Below are positions 8,697-17,917 of a stretch of DNA of 47,697 bases, piece after piece. How positions within the stretch are numbered: the first letter of the stretch is position 1; every line of letters begins with the position of its first letter. The notes below the pieces were generated by a model. The model saw only the letters and a program-made list of their open reading frames with translations. It did not search any database and was not told where the DNA came from. Source of the stretch: Eubacteriales bacterium. Its GTDB lineage: Bacteria; Bacillota; Clostridia; Oscillospirales; CAG-272. The DNA is taken from assembly GCA_045659745.1 (NCBI GenBank), contig JAZRCL010000081.1:1-47697 (forward strand). Direction: 5' to 3'. The position numbers were made by a program, and so were the translations under genes.

Positions 8697-10442
8697 ATGC
8701 AAAAGGACACAAAAATGCTTAAAAGATTTCTCGCGTACTACAAGCCGCACAAATTCATATTCACGATGGACATGCTCGCGTCGCTTTTGATGTCACTGAT
8801 AGGAATTACCTATCCCATTATCACGCGTTATATGCTCAACGAGCTGTTTCCCGAGCGCCAATATAAGCTGCTCGTCATACTTGGCATAGCTCTGCTTTTG
8901 CTCTATATCATTCGAATGCTTTTACAGTTTTTCATACAGTATTACGGACACGTAATGGGCGTTCGTATGCAGGCGCAGATGCGCTCTGATATGTTCAACC
9001 ATCTTGAAAAGCTGCCGTATAAGTTTTACGATAATCACGAGACGGGTAAGATAATGTCGCGCATGACAAACGACTTGATGGACATATCCGAACTTGCTCA
9101 CCATGGCCCCGAAAATCTGCTTATTTCGTCCATTTCCATTATAATCTCATTCATATACCTCTGCACGATAAACACTCCTCTGACGCTGATTTTGTTCACC
9201 TGCGTTCCGTTTTTGCTTATCATCTCTATGGTGCTCCGCAAGAGAATGCGCGCGGCGTTCAAAAAGAGCCGTCAGTCAGTTGCCGAGATAAACGCGTCTC
9301 TTGAGAGTAGCATTTCGGGCATTCGCGTGACGAAGGCTTTTGGCAACGCGGAGCGCGAAAGCGAAAAGTTTGAGGTTGGAAATAAAAAGTTTGTCGAGGC
9401 AAGACGCGAAGCCTACAAGGCTATGGGTCAGTTCCATTCTACAACCTCGTTTGTGACGGATATATTCAACGTCGTGTTGCTTATCGCAGGCGGACTTATC
9501 CTCTTTGGTGCGACGGGTCTTGGCAAGGATATGGAATTTGGCGACTATTCCGCGTTTGTGGTGTCTATCGGCGTGTTCATTTCCCCCGTACTGACGCTTA
9601 TCAACTTTATGGAGCAGTTCCAGAACGGCGTGACGGGATTTGAGCGTTTTCTTGAAATAATGGACACCGAGCCCGAATGTGATCACCCCGACGCGACCGA
9701 CGTAGGTCAGCTTGAAGGCGAGATAGAGTTCATCAATGTTACTCATTCCTACGATGACTCAAAGGAAGTTATCAAAAACATAAATCTCAAGATAGGCAAG
9801 GGACAGAAGTTTGCGCTCGTGGGTCCCTCGGGTGGCGGTAAGACTACAATTTGTCACTTGATCCCTGCGTTTTACGACATCACCGACGGCGAGATACTCA
9901 TTGACGGCAGAGATATACGCACAATGACAAGGGCCTCATTGAGAAAAAATATAGGTATCGTTCAGCAGGATATATATCTCTTCAATGCGAGTATTAAGGA
10001 AAACATACTCTACGGCAGACTTGACGCAACCGACGAGGAAGTAGTTGAGGCGGCAAAGCGCGCAAATATCCACGACTATATTATAACTCTGCCCGAGGGC
10101 TACGAGACCCAGATAGGCGAGCGCGGAGTCAAGCTTTCTGGCGGACAGAAGCAGAGACTTTCCATCGCGCGCGTGTTCCTCAAAAACCCGCCTATACTCA
10201 TTCTTGACGAGGCGACGAGCGCCCTTGACAACGCGACCGAGATACTTATTCAGGACGCGCTTGACGAGCTTTGCCACGGCAGAACGACAATAGTCGTCGC
10301 GCACAGACTTTCCACCATCAAGAACGCGGACGAGATAGCGGTAATATCCGAAGGCTGCGTGCTTGAACAGGGAACTCACGACCAGCTCATAGAGCAGGAC
10401 GGTATGTACGCGGGACTTTATAAGCAGCAGTTCAGACAGTAA
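8697..10442 (+). CDS. ABC exporter, fused permease + ATPase (YwjA/MsbA-like); alternative start at 8715
   Basis: TM domain followed by Walker A GPSGGGKTT, LSGGQKQR signature, LILDEATSALD and VVAHRL. Confidence 0.93.
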   Translation: MQKDTKMLKRFLAYYKPHKFIFTMDMLASLLMSLIGITYPIITRYMLNELFPERQYKLLVILGIALLLLYIIRMLLQFFIQYYGHVMGVRMQAQMRSDMFNHLEKLPYKFYDNHETGKIMSRMTNDLMDISELAHHGPENLLISSISIIISFIYLCTINTPLTLILFTCVPFLLIISMVLRKRMRAAFKKSRQSVAEINASLESSISGIRVTKAFGNAERESEKFEVGNKKFVEARREAYKAMGQFHSTTSFVTDIFNVVLLIAGGLILFGATGLGKDMEFGDYSAFVVSIGVFISPVLTLINFMEQFQNGVTGFERFLEIMDTEPECDHPDATDVGQLEGEIEFINVTHSYDDSKEVIKNINLKIGKGQKFALVGPSGGGKTTICHLIPAFYDITDGEILIDGRDIRTMTRASLRKNIGIVQQDIYLFNASIKENILYGRLDATDEEVVEAAKRANIHDYIITLPEGYETQIGERGVKLSGGQKQRLSIARVFLKNPPILILDEATSALDNATEILIQDALDELCHGRTTIVVAHRLSTIKNADEIAVISEGCVLEQGTHDQLIEQDGMYAGLYKQQFRQ

Positions 10443-10444
10443 TC

Positions 10445-10482
10445 AAAAAAGGCAACGGCTTTATGCCGTTGCCCTTTGTTTT
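10445..10482. terminator. Bidirectional terminator between convergent genes
   Basis: AAAAAA-GGCAACGGC-TTTAT-GCCGTTGCC-CTTTGTTTT. Confidence 0.8.
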
Positions 10483-13310
10483 TATTTGAAGAATTTAATT
10501 GATTTGATATACATTAAGTCGCCTACCTGACATGAGCTTACAAAATCTATTCTAATACTATGGATCTCGCCCTGCCACTGAGGGATGGTTGAGGGTTGGA
10601 ACGTCAGCTTGGTGTATTGTCCGTATGTGCGCAGATATTGCGCGACTGATATTCCTGCGGTTGCGCCTTGCACAGAGCCTGCGCATAGGAAGAGTTCCAT
10701 ATTGTTGTAATGGTCTTGGCGGTTTGTGGCAGGTATCATAAACTCTATCTCAATATACGGATAATCCTGCGCGCTATAGCTTTCGGCAAAACGTGATATA
10801 TCAAAAGTGAAGAACGGATCGCTTGATTCGGTGACCTGAATCATAAGGCCATTTTCTGTCATAACCGCGGCACAGTTGTGGAAACCCGTAAGATAATTTT
10901 GAATATCGGGGTTTGTAAAGTCAAAATTCAAAACGGATGACGGATTAGACGGCTGGGGCGGCTGTGGTGGCTCGGGCATTTGGGGCTTCTCGCCGTCGCC
11001 CCAAACGTAGTCAAGCCAATCAAGGCGCAGATACAACCATTCCGACAGAAAATCTACCGCGTCGGCATGGCAGGTAAACTTTGAATGACAATCCACGCAA
11101 TGATGGAATAAGAGGGTGCGTTTCCAATATGCATAATCCTTCTGGTAATACTTGCCGTAAAGTGCGCACATAACGTTAAGATTGTTCGCGACTCCGTAAA
11201 GCTCGTCGACGTGCTCCTCCCAGACGTCCTTTATCATATCCTCAAACCACGGGATGTTGCCGAACAGCACGAACATGGTGTTGACGCGCATACCGTCGCT
11301 ATAGGTAAAGTTTGTCGCATAGTAATCAAACGGCGAGTGAGTTGAGTCGTAATGTGTATTCGCGAGCGCGAAGTCAAAGTCCCAAGGAGGACCGAGCGTC
11401 AGTCTGCCGTCGCCCTCGGGGCTTAAGTCAACGTACATATTATACGTTCCCGCGTCAAGATTTTTGACTATCTCGTCAAGTATGCAAAGACGCACGCATG
11501 CGTCTATGTTGAACACGGCATCAATAGTCTCTATCTGCTTTTCTTCTTTTGTCGTACCGACAAAGGAGGTTTTTTTCGAGAGATTTCCTTGTTTGTCAAG
11601 CGTATAATACTTGTTATGATTGACAGCCTGATTTATTACCTCGTATACGCCCTCGACGTATTTTTTTACGTAAGCTATCTGCGCATTGGTATAATCTCCG
11701 CCCGAGAGCGAGAAGTTTCCGCCGCCTGCGTAGGAGGTAGTGCCGTTTCTGTCGGTTGTGTAAATGGTTGTGCCGATAGACACTGTGTTGGGCTCGTCGC
11801 TGCGTCCGCCCTGACCTACGAGAAGATAACCTATCTCGAGCGAAGTATCAGTGTCCTCGCGCTCGTATATGTTAACGCGATTGCCGTCTATCTGCGTCTG
11901 CTCGCATAGCAGATAAACGCCCTGATACCTGTTGTTTATATACACCTCGACGGGAGTGAAGTCGGATGAGAAATATTTGCCATCGTTGAGTATGTCCGCC
12001 ATACTGAAGGTAGTGTACGTGCGTAGCATGGTGGAATCAAAATAATCCGCAAGCAATACCCAGCTCTTGAATTTCTTACCATTGTTGAGTCCGAGTACGT
12101 TTTGTTTTTTGTCAAATTTTATGCGGTAGGGCTTTTTGGGTGCGCCTGCGGTGGAGTTTCCACGCAGACGTATTCCTGCGGTTATATCCGAAAAAGCAAA
12201 TTCTTCGTCGCATCCCGAAAGAGATATTTTAGCCGACGTATAATTTTCTGTGGAGTTTATACCCACTCCGCTTGTGTTGACGTCAATTCTCGGGAGGGTG
12301 GACGCTTCAACGTCACCGGCGGTTAACGTATCGCCGCAGCCCGTACACATACTGTATTTGTAAATGTGCCCCGTGGGGGGAATCTCCGTCTGCGCGGACA
12401 TGACAAGCTTACATCTTGAGCAATACGTTCCTCCCTCAAGCCCGGAATCCGTGCAGGTGGGCGGTACGTAATCAGCGCTTATTTCCGAGTGACCGAGTGT
12501 GTCAACAAGCTTCTCGTCGCAGACAGTACATAACTGCGGAGTTGTACAGGTAGCGATGGCTCCTGGTGTGTGCCCCTTTGCGCCTTCCACAACAGCCTTG
12601 CAGACCGAGCAGGTTATGGACGTAGTACAGCTCGCTTTGCCCTCGGGAGTGTGGGGAAGAAGATCAAGCACTAACTGTCCGACTATCGCGCCGCAATCGA
12701 GGCAGAAGTTGATATCTGTGCCGTTTTGAGAGCAGGTGGATATGCTGAAATTTTGCCACTTGGTGTTCTCATGAGCGCAACCGTAGCCGCAGACCTCACA
12801 TATATCCGTGCCGCCTGTTTGATGCTCTGACGGCGACGTGGTCAAATCACACCCGGTGCATTTCTGCCAATGCTTGTTTTCGTCTGCCTCATAAGACATA
12901 TTCCAGATATGTCCTTTTGCCGCGAGCGTCACTTGCTCAAGAATGACGGTGTTGCAGACAGAGCATACCGCTCCGTCCGAGATTCCTTGTTCAAGACAGG
13001 TTGCGGGAGTGCCATTGACGGTCACCGGCGTGTGCGCGAGCTTTGCTGTTTTTGCGGGAGTGAGGATTATCTCTCCGCACTCGGAGCATTTTTTGCCCTC
13101 GGTGTAGCCGTCCGACATGCAGGTCGCGGGGACGGCAGGAATAAGCTCCTCGGTGTGTATATGATCATTTGAGCTTGGTTTTTCAGTTGGGGACGGGGAT
13201 TGCTCTCCCGGGTCTTGAGGGTCACTGCATGCGGATAGGCACAAGCATACCGCAAGCATCAATACAAGTGCCAGAATTATGTAAATACGTTTGCTAAAAA
13301 ATGCCTTCAT
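10482..13310 (-). CDS. CotH-kinase-family lipoprotein with Cys/His-rich repeat stalk
   Basis: Lipobox LSAC; repeated H..ATC..G..C..C units; CotH motifs RLRGNST, KKPYRIKFD, WVLLA, YQGVYLLCE and GPPWDFDFA; Pro linker and C-terminal beta domain. Confidence 0.85.
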   Translation of the reverse strand: MKAFFSKRIYIILALVLMLAVCLCLSACSDPQDPGEQSPSPTEKPSSNDHIHTEELIPAVPATCMSDGYTEGKKCSECGEIILTPAKTAKLAHTPVTVNGTPATCLEQGISDGAVCSVCNTVILEQVTLAAKGHIWNMSYEADENKHWQKCTGCDLTTSPSEHQTGGTDICEVCGYGCAHENTKWQNFSISTCSQNGTDINFCLDCGAIVGQLVLDLLPHTPEGKASCTTSITCSVCKAVVEGAKGHTPGAIATCTTPQLCTVCDEKLVDTLGHSEISADYVPPTCTDSGLEGGTYCSRCKLVMSAQTEIPPTGHIYKYSMCTGCGDTLTAGDVEASTLPRIDVNTSGVGINSTENYTSAKISLSGCDEEFAFSDITAGIRLRGNSTAGAPKKPYRIKFDKKQNVLGLNNGKKFKSWVLLADYFDSTMLRTYTTFSMADILNDGKYFSSDFTPVEVYINNRYQGVYLLCEQTQIDGNRVNIYEREDTDTSLEIGYLLVGQGGRSDEPNTVSIGTTIYTTDRNGTTSYAGGGNFSLSGGDYTNAQIAYVKKYVEGVYEVINQAVNHNKYYTLDKQGNLSKKTSFVGTTKEEKQIETIDAVFNIDACVRLCILDEIVKNLDAGTYNMYVDLSPEGDGRLTLGPPWDFDFALANTHYDSTHSPFDYYATNFTYSDGMRVNTMFVLFGNIPWFEDMIKDVWEEHVDELYGVANNLNVMCALYGKYYQKDYAYWKRTLLFHHCVDCHSKFTCHADAVDFLSEWLYLRLDWLDYVWGDGEKPQMPEPPQPPQPSNPSSVLNFDFTNPDIQNYLTGFHNCAAVMTENGLMIQVTESSDPFFTFDISRFAESYSAQDYPYIEIEFMIPATNRQDHYNNMELFLCAGSVQGATAGISVAQYLRTYGQYTKLTFQPSTIPQWQGEIHSIRIDFVSSCQVGDLMYIKSIKFFK

Positions 13311-13447
13311 ACATTCCTCCCAAGCGATAACTTTCCAATTATATTTTACACTATTTTATAGTATATGTCAAGAGTCGCATGCCACCGTTGACAAATTCGC
13401 GCAATTGAGGTATAATAAACTAAAGCATATCCAAAGGGGTAATTTAT

Positions 13448-14080
13448 ATGAAGATAGTGACAGTAAGCCGCGAGTTTGGAAGCGGCGGAAGAGAGCTTGG
13501 ACGCAGACTTGCAGAAAAGCTCGGATTTGATTATTACGATCAGGAAATTATAACGGCGATAGCGCAAAATTGTCCTTTCGACGAGGGCTACGTTGAAAAA
13601 ACGCTTGAGGAAGGCGGTTGGCAGACAATGACGCTCAACTGCGGTTGCTCGCTTGACGGCTTGGTTGCAGTGCAGAATCTCCAGACCGAGATTATCGCCG
13701 AGGAGAGAAGAGTGCTTGAGGGCATTGCGGCTCGCGGCAGAGATTGTGTTGTCGTTGGAAGAAATGCGGACGCGTTTCTGTCTGAGGAGCAGCTACTCAA
13801 GGTGTTTGTCTGCGCTACTATGGAGTCGCGTGTTCAGCGTTGTATGAAGCATCTCAGAGAAGACGAGAAAAATATTACCCCTCAAAAAATGGAGAGAAAA
13901 ATTCGAAAGGTTGACAAAAACCGTGTTCGCACGGCGGAGTTTTTCTCGGAGTCGGGCTGGGGTATTCCCGAAAATTATAATATCGTCGTAAACACGACGG
14001 GCTGGGATATAGACGAGCTTTCGACGGTGCTCGCTGAGTTCTCAAAAAAGTGGTTTGATAAGACCGAGAAAAAGATATAA
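13448..14080 (+). CDS. Cytidylate kinase-like family protein
   Basis: TVSREFGSGGRELGRRLA, VVVGRNAD, D..R and YNIVVNT motifs of the Cytidylate_kin2 family. Confidence 0.9.
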   Translation: MKIVTVSREFGSGGRELGRRLAEKLGFDYYDQEIITAIAQNCPFDEGYVEKTLEEGGWQTMTLNCGCSLDGLVAVQNLQTEIIAEERRVLEGIAARGRDCVVVGRNADAFLSEEQLLKVFVCATMESRVQRCMKHLREDEKNITPQKMERKIRKVDKNRVRTAEFFSESGWGIPENYNIVVNTTGWDIDELSTVLAEFSKKWFDKTEKKI

Positions 14081-14118
14081 CAAAAGCCCTTGTCTGCACA
14101 GGCAAGGGCTTTTGTTAT
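14077..14118. terminator. Bidirectional terminator
   Basis: ATAACAAAAGCCCTTGTCTG-CA-CAGGCAAGGGCTTTTGTTAT between convergent genes. Confidence 0.8.
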
Positions 14119-14987
14119 TATATTTTGTTGTAGATATCGTCTGCAAGCTGACAAATCTGCGCCGCTTCTGCATCAGAGCAGGTCTTGAGTGTGGTCTTTT
14201 TCGGCAGTCCCCATATATCAAAAAGGGAAGGGCCAATCCACTCATTTTGGCCGCAGTCACAAAACAGTCCGCGCAAAATACAAAGGCTTGCTTTTTTGGG
14301 GCTCATAAAAAGTACTTTCATCGGGTGCTTTATAAGCGCGAAAATCACCCTTGGGTAGTGCGAGGTGATGTTTGTAAACGTAATTCCGGGGTGTACGACC
14401 GAAAGCCCACTCTCGCCCTCAAACAGACCGTAGAGCGAGAACATAAGAAATCTTTTGGAGTTTCCGTACACCTTGCTTGACTTTTTGCGCGTTGAAAAGT
14501 CGATGTCACCTGTGTCAATTTTTGAGTAGTTGTGCGCGATACTGCCAACGGCGACTATTTTGCCGCCCTTGTCTTGAATGTAAGGCTTCAGCTCGCGCGC
14601 CATATAATACGGCGAGAGAAAATTGACCTGAAAAATATTGTTGTAGCCACTTTTACATACAAATCTCGGCACGTGATAAATTCCCGCGTTGAAAATTATA
14701 TAGTCGGGCGGTTGCTCGCATAATTTGTCTGTGACAGACTTGACGTTATCAATATCCGACAGGTCAAGTCGCATATAGTCAGCGCGCAGGTCGGGATGAG
14801 TTCTTTTGAGTTTGTCAATGAGCTGATTTGCCTTGTTCTCATTTCTGTCGAGAAGCAAAAGCGACGCGCCGAGGTCTGCAAGATGTGAGCAGAGCGCCTG
14901 ACCCAGCCCGCCCGTCGAGCCGCTTATCGCCACGACCTTGCCCGATAGGGAGTATGTATTTTTGTTAAGCCATTTTTGTGTGTTCAT
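14118..14987 (-). CDS. Short-chain dehydrogenase/reductase (retinol-DH-like subtype)
   Basis: SGSTGGLG Rossmann motif, FNAG, catalytic YGNSK, VHPG. Confidence 0.9.
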   Translation of the reverse strand: MNTQKWLNKNTYSLSGKVVAISGSTGGLGQALCSHLADLGASLLLLDRNENKANQLIDKLKRTHPDLRADYMRLDLSDIDNVKSVTDKLCEQPPDYIIFNAGIYHVPRFVCKSGYNNIFQVNFLSPYYMARELKPYIQDKGGKIVAVGSIAHNYSKIDTGDIDFSTRKKSSKVYGNSKRFLMFSLYGLFEGESGLSVVHPGITFTNITSHYPRVIFALIKHPMKVLFMSPKKASLCILRGLFCDCGQNEWIGPSLFDIWGLPKKTTLKTCSDAEAAQICQLADDIYNKI

Positions 14988-15077
14988 GGGAGTCCTCGTG
15001 GGTGTTTTATATGGATATTATATCATACAAATGAGCGCATTTCAATATTTTTTGAACAAAGATGGATTGGGATAATA

Positions 15078-15284
15078 GGGATTCGAACCTTTACATAGCC
15101 TGCGGCAGGTGATCGATTTCTCTTGCCCTCCCTCTCCGCCAACGCAAAAAGCATTGAACAGGGAAGTATGGTTAGGCAGTGTTGACGGGATTCGAACCTT
15201 TACATAGCCTGCGGCTATGTGATCGAGTTCTCTCACCCTCCCTCTCCGCCAACGCAAAAAGGACGCCATTGGCGTCCTTTGCAT
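15078..15284. repeat. tRNA-Ser-associated tandem repeat: two ~74-bp units plus hairpin, built from tRNA-Ser 3' sequences
   Basis: Near-identical units at 15078-15151 and 15187-15261, each GGGATTCGAACC...CCCTCCCTCTCCGCCAACGCAAAAAG; ~110-bp periodicity continues to the tRNA T-arm at 15298. Confidence 0.85.
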
Positions 15285-15373
15285 TGGCGGAGAGGGAGGG
15301 ATTCGAACCCTCGTGTGCTTTCGCACAAACTGATTTCGAGTCAGCCCCGTTATGACCACTTCGATACCTCTCC
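15285..15373 (-). tRNA. tRNA-Ser(CGA)
   Basis: GGAGAGG..CTGACT-CGA-AATCAG..long variable arm..GGTTCGAATCC..CCTCTCC-GCCA; upstream promoter TTGCAT-17-TATAAT at 15415-15443. Confidence 0.97.
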
Positions 15374-15531
15374 ATGTTTATTAAGTTGTGTGCCGTAATT
15401 TCTGCGACTTATGTATTATATCATATATTTTTTGAAAATGCAATAGCAAATCATAAATTCTTTTTCAAAGATTTTGTCTAAATTTCGGCAAGTGTGTTTT
15501 CTATAAATGGGGAGGTATAATTCACAATAAA

Positions 15532-15611
15532 TTTGAGAATCATTCTCAAAAGTCATTGACAATTGCGCGAGTATATGGTATAATTTCTTTTGGTTTTGAG
15601 AATGATTCTCA
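15532..15611 (+). promoter_or_regulatory. SigmaA promoter flanked by two Fur-family 7-1-7 operators
   Basis: TTTGAGAATCATTCTCAAA (15532-15550) and TGAGAATGATTCTCA (15597-15611) flank TTGACA(15556)-17-TATAAT(15579), with an extended -10 TG. Confidence 0.85.
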
Positions 15612-15638
15612 TTTTTATTTGTTCAACAGGAGATAAAT

Positions 15639-16061
15639 ATGTCAAGAAAATATAAAACACAGGGAAAAAGCAAGCTCGAGGAGTTCCTCTGCGCTCATCC
15701 CGACACGCATTATACCGTTGACGAGGTATGTCTTGCGGTAAACGGAAGCCTGAACGCCAAAAGCTCGATATACAGAAATCTTTCCATCCTTTGCGAGCGC
15801 GGATATGTGCGCAAGTTCAAGGACGAAGGGAAGAACTGCTCCGTATATCAATATATCGGCAAAAAAAGCGCGTGTAGCGACCATTTTCACTTAAAGTGTA
15901 TTGAGTGCGGACATCTTGAGCATCTGGAGTGCTATATGGGAGACGACTTGTGCCGTCACATAGGCGAGCACCACGGCTTCTCGATTGATAGCGGAAGAAG
16001 TATTCTTTATGGAGTCTGTGCGAGCTGCCGCGAGAGCCAAAAGCAAAAAATAACTGTTTGA
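15639..16061 (+). CDS. Fur-family metalloregulator (Zur-like)
   Basis: HYT.DEV, SIYRNL, HFHLKCIECG and C-terminal YGVCASC; first gene of a Zn-ABC-type operon. Confidence 0.9.
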   Translation: MSRKYKTQGKSKLEEFLCAHPDTHYTVDEVCLAVNGSLNAKSSIYRNLSILCERGYVRKFKDEGKNCSVYQYIGKKSACSDHFHLKCIECGHLEHLECYMGDDLCRHIGEHHGFSIDSGRSILYGVCASCRESQKQKITV

Positions 16062-16062
16062 G

Positions 16063-17034
16063 GTGAGAGGATTGAAAAAAATATCAGTCATTTTGATTTT
16101 TTCTCTGCTCTTGCCTTGCATACTGCTTTCGTCGTGCGGTCAAAGGCCAAACTCTGACGATGGCAAATTCACAGTCGTCTGCTCTATATTTCCGCAATAT
16201 GATTTCTGCCGGATAATAACGGGCGGCGAGGACGAGGTCATACTGCTTCAGGAAAATGGCGTGGATATGCATTCATACGAGCCGACCTCAAGAGATATTC
16301 TGACTATCGCCAAGGCTGATATGCTGATATATACGGGCGGTGCGTCGGACGCGTGGGTAAACGGTGTTATTCGCTCGGCAGATAATGATACGATAATCAC
16401 CGTGTCACTGTTTGAATATGCAGACCTGCTTTGCTCTGACGAGCTTGAGACGGAGCATAATCACGACCACGGTCACGGGGACGGTGAGGCTTGCGCAGAG
16501 TATGACGAGCACGTGTGGACGTCGCCGAAGAATGCGATAAAAATAGTTCAAGGGCTTTGCGAGGAGCTTTGCAGAGCAAATCCTGACGGAAGTCAGAGAT
16601 ACCGCAAAAACACTTTAGAATATATAGAAAAATTACAGACGCTTGACGAGTCTTATGAACAGTTTTTCTCGTCCGCAGAGCCCATGCTCATAGTCGCGGA
16701 CAGATTTCCTTTTCTGTATCTTGCCCACGATTACGACGTAAATTACCACGCGGCGTTTTCGGGTTGCTCGTCCGAGACGGGCGCGTCGTTTGAGGTGGTG
16801 CTGTCTCTCATAGACGAGGTAAGAAAGAGCAAGGCAACAATAATATTTGACACCGACAGCTCAGGCTCGGACGTAGCGAAGAGAGTCGCTGCCGAGTGCG
16901 GAGCAGAGATAAAAACTCTGTATTCCTGCCAGAGTGTGACGGGGGCTCAGCTTGAGAGCGGAGAGTCGTATATATCTTTTATGAAGAAAAATCTTGAGAC
17001 CTTGAGGGAGGCTTATAAAGATGTCAATTCTTAA
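16063..17034 (+). CDS. znuA: Zn/Mn ABC transporter substrate-binding lipoprotein (ZnuA/AdcA-like)
   Basis: Lipobox LSSC; DMHSYEP; His-rich loop HNHDHGHG; DEHVWTSP. Confidence 0.88.
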   Translation: MRGLKKISVILIFSLLLPCILLSSCGQRPNSDDGKFTVVCSIFPQYDFCRIITGGEDEVILLQENGVDMHSYEPTSRDILTIAKADMLIYTGGASDAWVNGVIRSADNDTIITVSLFEYADLLCSDELETEHNHDHGHGDGEACAEYDEHVWTSPKNAIKIVQGLCEELCRANPDGSQRYRKNTLEYIEKLQTLDESYEQFFSSAEPMLIVADRFPFLYLAHDYDVNYHAAFSGCSSETGASFEVVLSLIDEVRKSKATIIFDTDSSGSDVAKRVAAECGAEIKTLYSCQSVTGAQLESGESYISFMKKNLETLREAYKDVNS

Positions 17035-17917
17035 ACAAAAAGCCTTGGACAGCAAGGTCAAAAGAAAAAAAGAAAAAAAGCTCCCGCCCGTTGGCGCGTG
17101 GGGTAATTACAAGAGCCGTCGCCTGCGCGTGTCAGACCGCGAGCGCGAAAGAAAGCTGCTCGTTGATGTGGCAAGTCTGACGCTTGCATACGAGGGAAGG
17201 ACGGTTATCTCAGACCTGTCGTTTCAGGTGTACAGCGGAGATTACATCTGCATTATAGGCGAGAACGGAAGCGGAAAGACCACTCTTCTCAACGCGCTGC
17301 TGGGACTCAAAAAACCAAGTAGCGGCAAGATAGAGCTTTGTGATCTCAAGAGATGTGAGATAGGAGTGCTTCCGCAGAAGACTCCCGTGCAGAATGACTT
17401 TCCCGCTCTGGTGTCCGAGATAGTGCTCTCGGGGCGCGTAGGCAAAAAACTCGGCGCGGCATTTTACAATAGACACGACAAGAAAATCGCCTTTGAAAAC
17501 ATGGAAAAGCTTGGCATCACGTCGATTTCAAAGCAAAGCTTCCGAGAGCTTTCGGGCGGTCAGCAGCAAAGAGTGCTTTTAGCTCGCGCGCTGTGCGCGG
17601 CTGAAAAGCTGATAGTTCTGGACGAGCCTGCCGCAAGCCTTGACCCCAAGGCGAGTGCGGATATGTATCATCTTATCTCAGATATAAACAAGGGCGATAA
17701 TATGGCAATTATAATGGTCTCGCACGACGTTGACCACGCGCTTGAATATGCAACTCACATTTTACAGATAAACAAGCGTTCTGTATTCTTTGGAACTACA
17801 GAGGAATACAAGAGTGAGTTCTCGCAGTTTATATGCACTTGCAAGAGCGGTCGTGAGAATACCTCCTACGGCGACAGTGACGCCTATAAGTTCAAGGGAG
17901 GTGAGGCAGATGCTTAA
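17021..17917 (+). CDS. znuC: Metal ABC transporter ATPase (ZnuC-like) with basic N-terminal extension
   Basis: GENGSGKTT, LSGGQQQR, LDEP and VSHD motifs. Confidence 0.88.
   Translation: MSILKQKALDSKVKRKKEKKLPPVGAWGNYKSRRLRVSDRERERKLLVDVASLTLAYEGRTVISDLSFQVYSGDYICIIGENGSGKTTLLNALLGLKKPSSGKIELCDLKRCEIGVLPQKTPVQNDFPALVSEIVLSGRVGKKLGAAFYNRHDKKIAFENMEKLGITSISKQSFRELSGGQQQRVLLARALCAAEKLIVLDEPAASLDPKASADMYHLISDINKGDNMAIIMVSHDVDHALEYATHILQINKRSVFFGTTEEYKSEFSQFICTCKSGRENTSYGDSDAYKFKGGEADA

Noticed and set aside
660-10442. Integron-like cassette array among co-oriented single genes
   Set aside because: No attC-type RYYYAAC/GTTRRRY structures or integrase were seen, and most genes have their own sigmaA promoters
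15078-15300. Repeat-spacer-repeat pattern as a CRISPR array
   Set aside because: Repeats are ~74 bp and tRNA-derived, there are only two units, and no cas genes occur in the window; kept as a tRNA-associated repeat instead
15042-15375. ORFs 15042-15359 and 15172-15375
   Set aside because: They run through tRNA-Ser and its repeats; spurious translations
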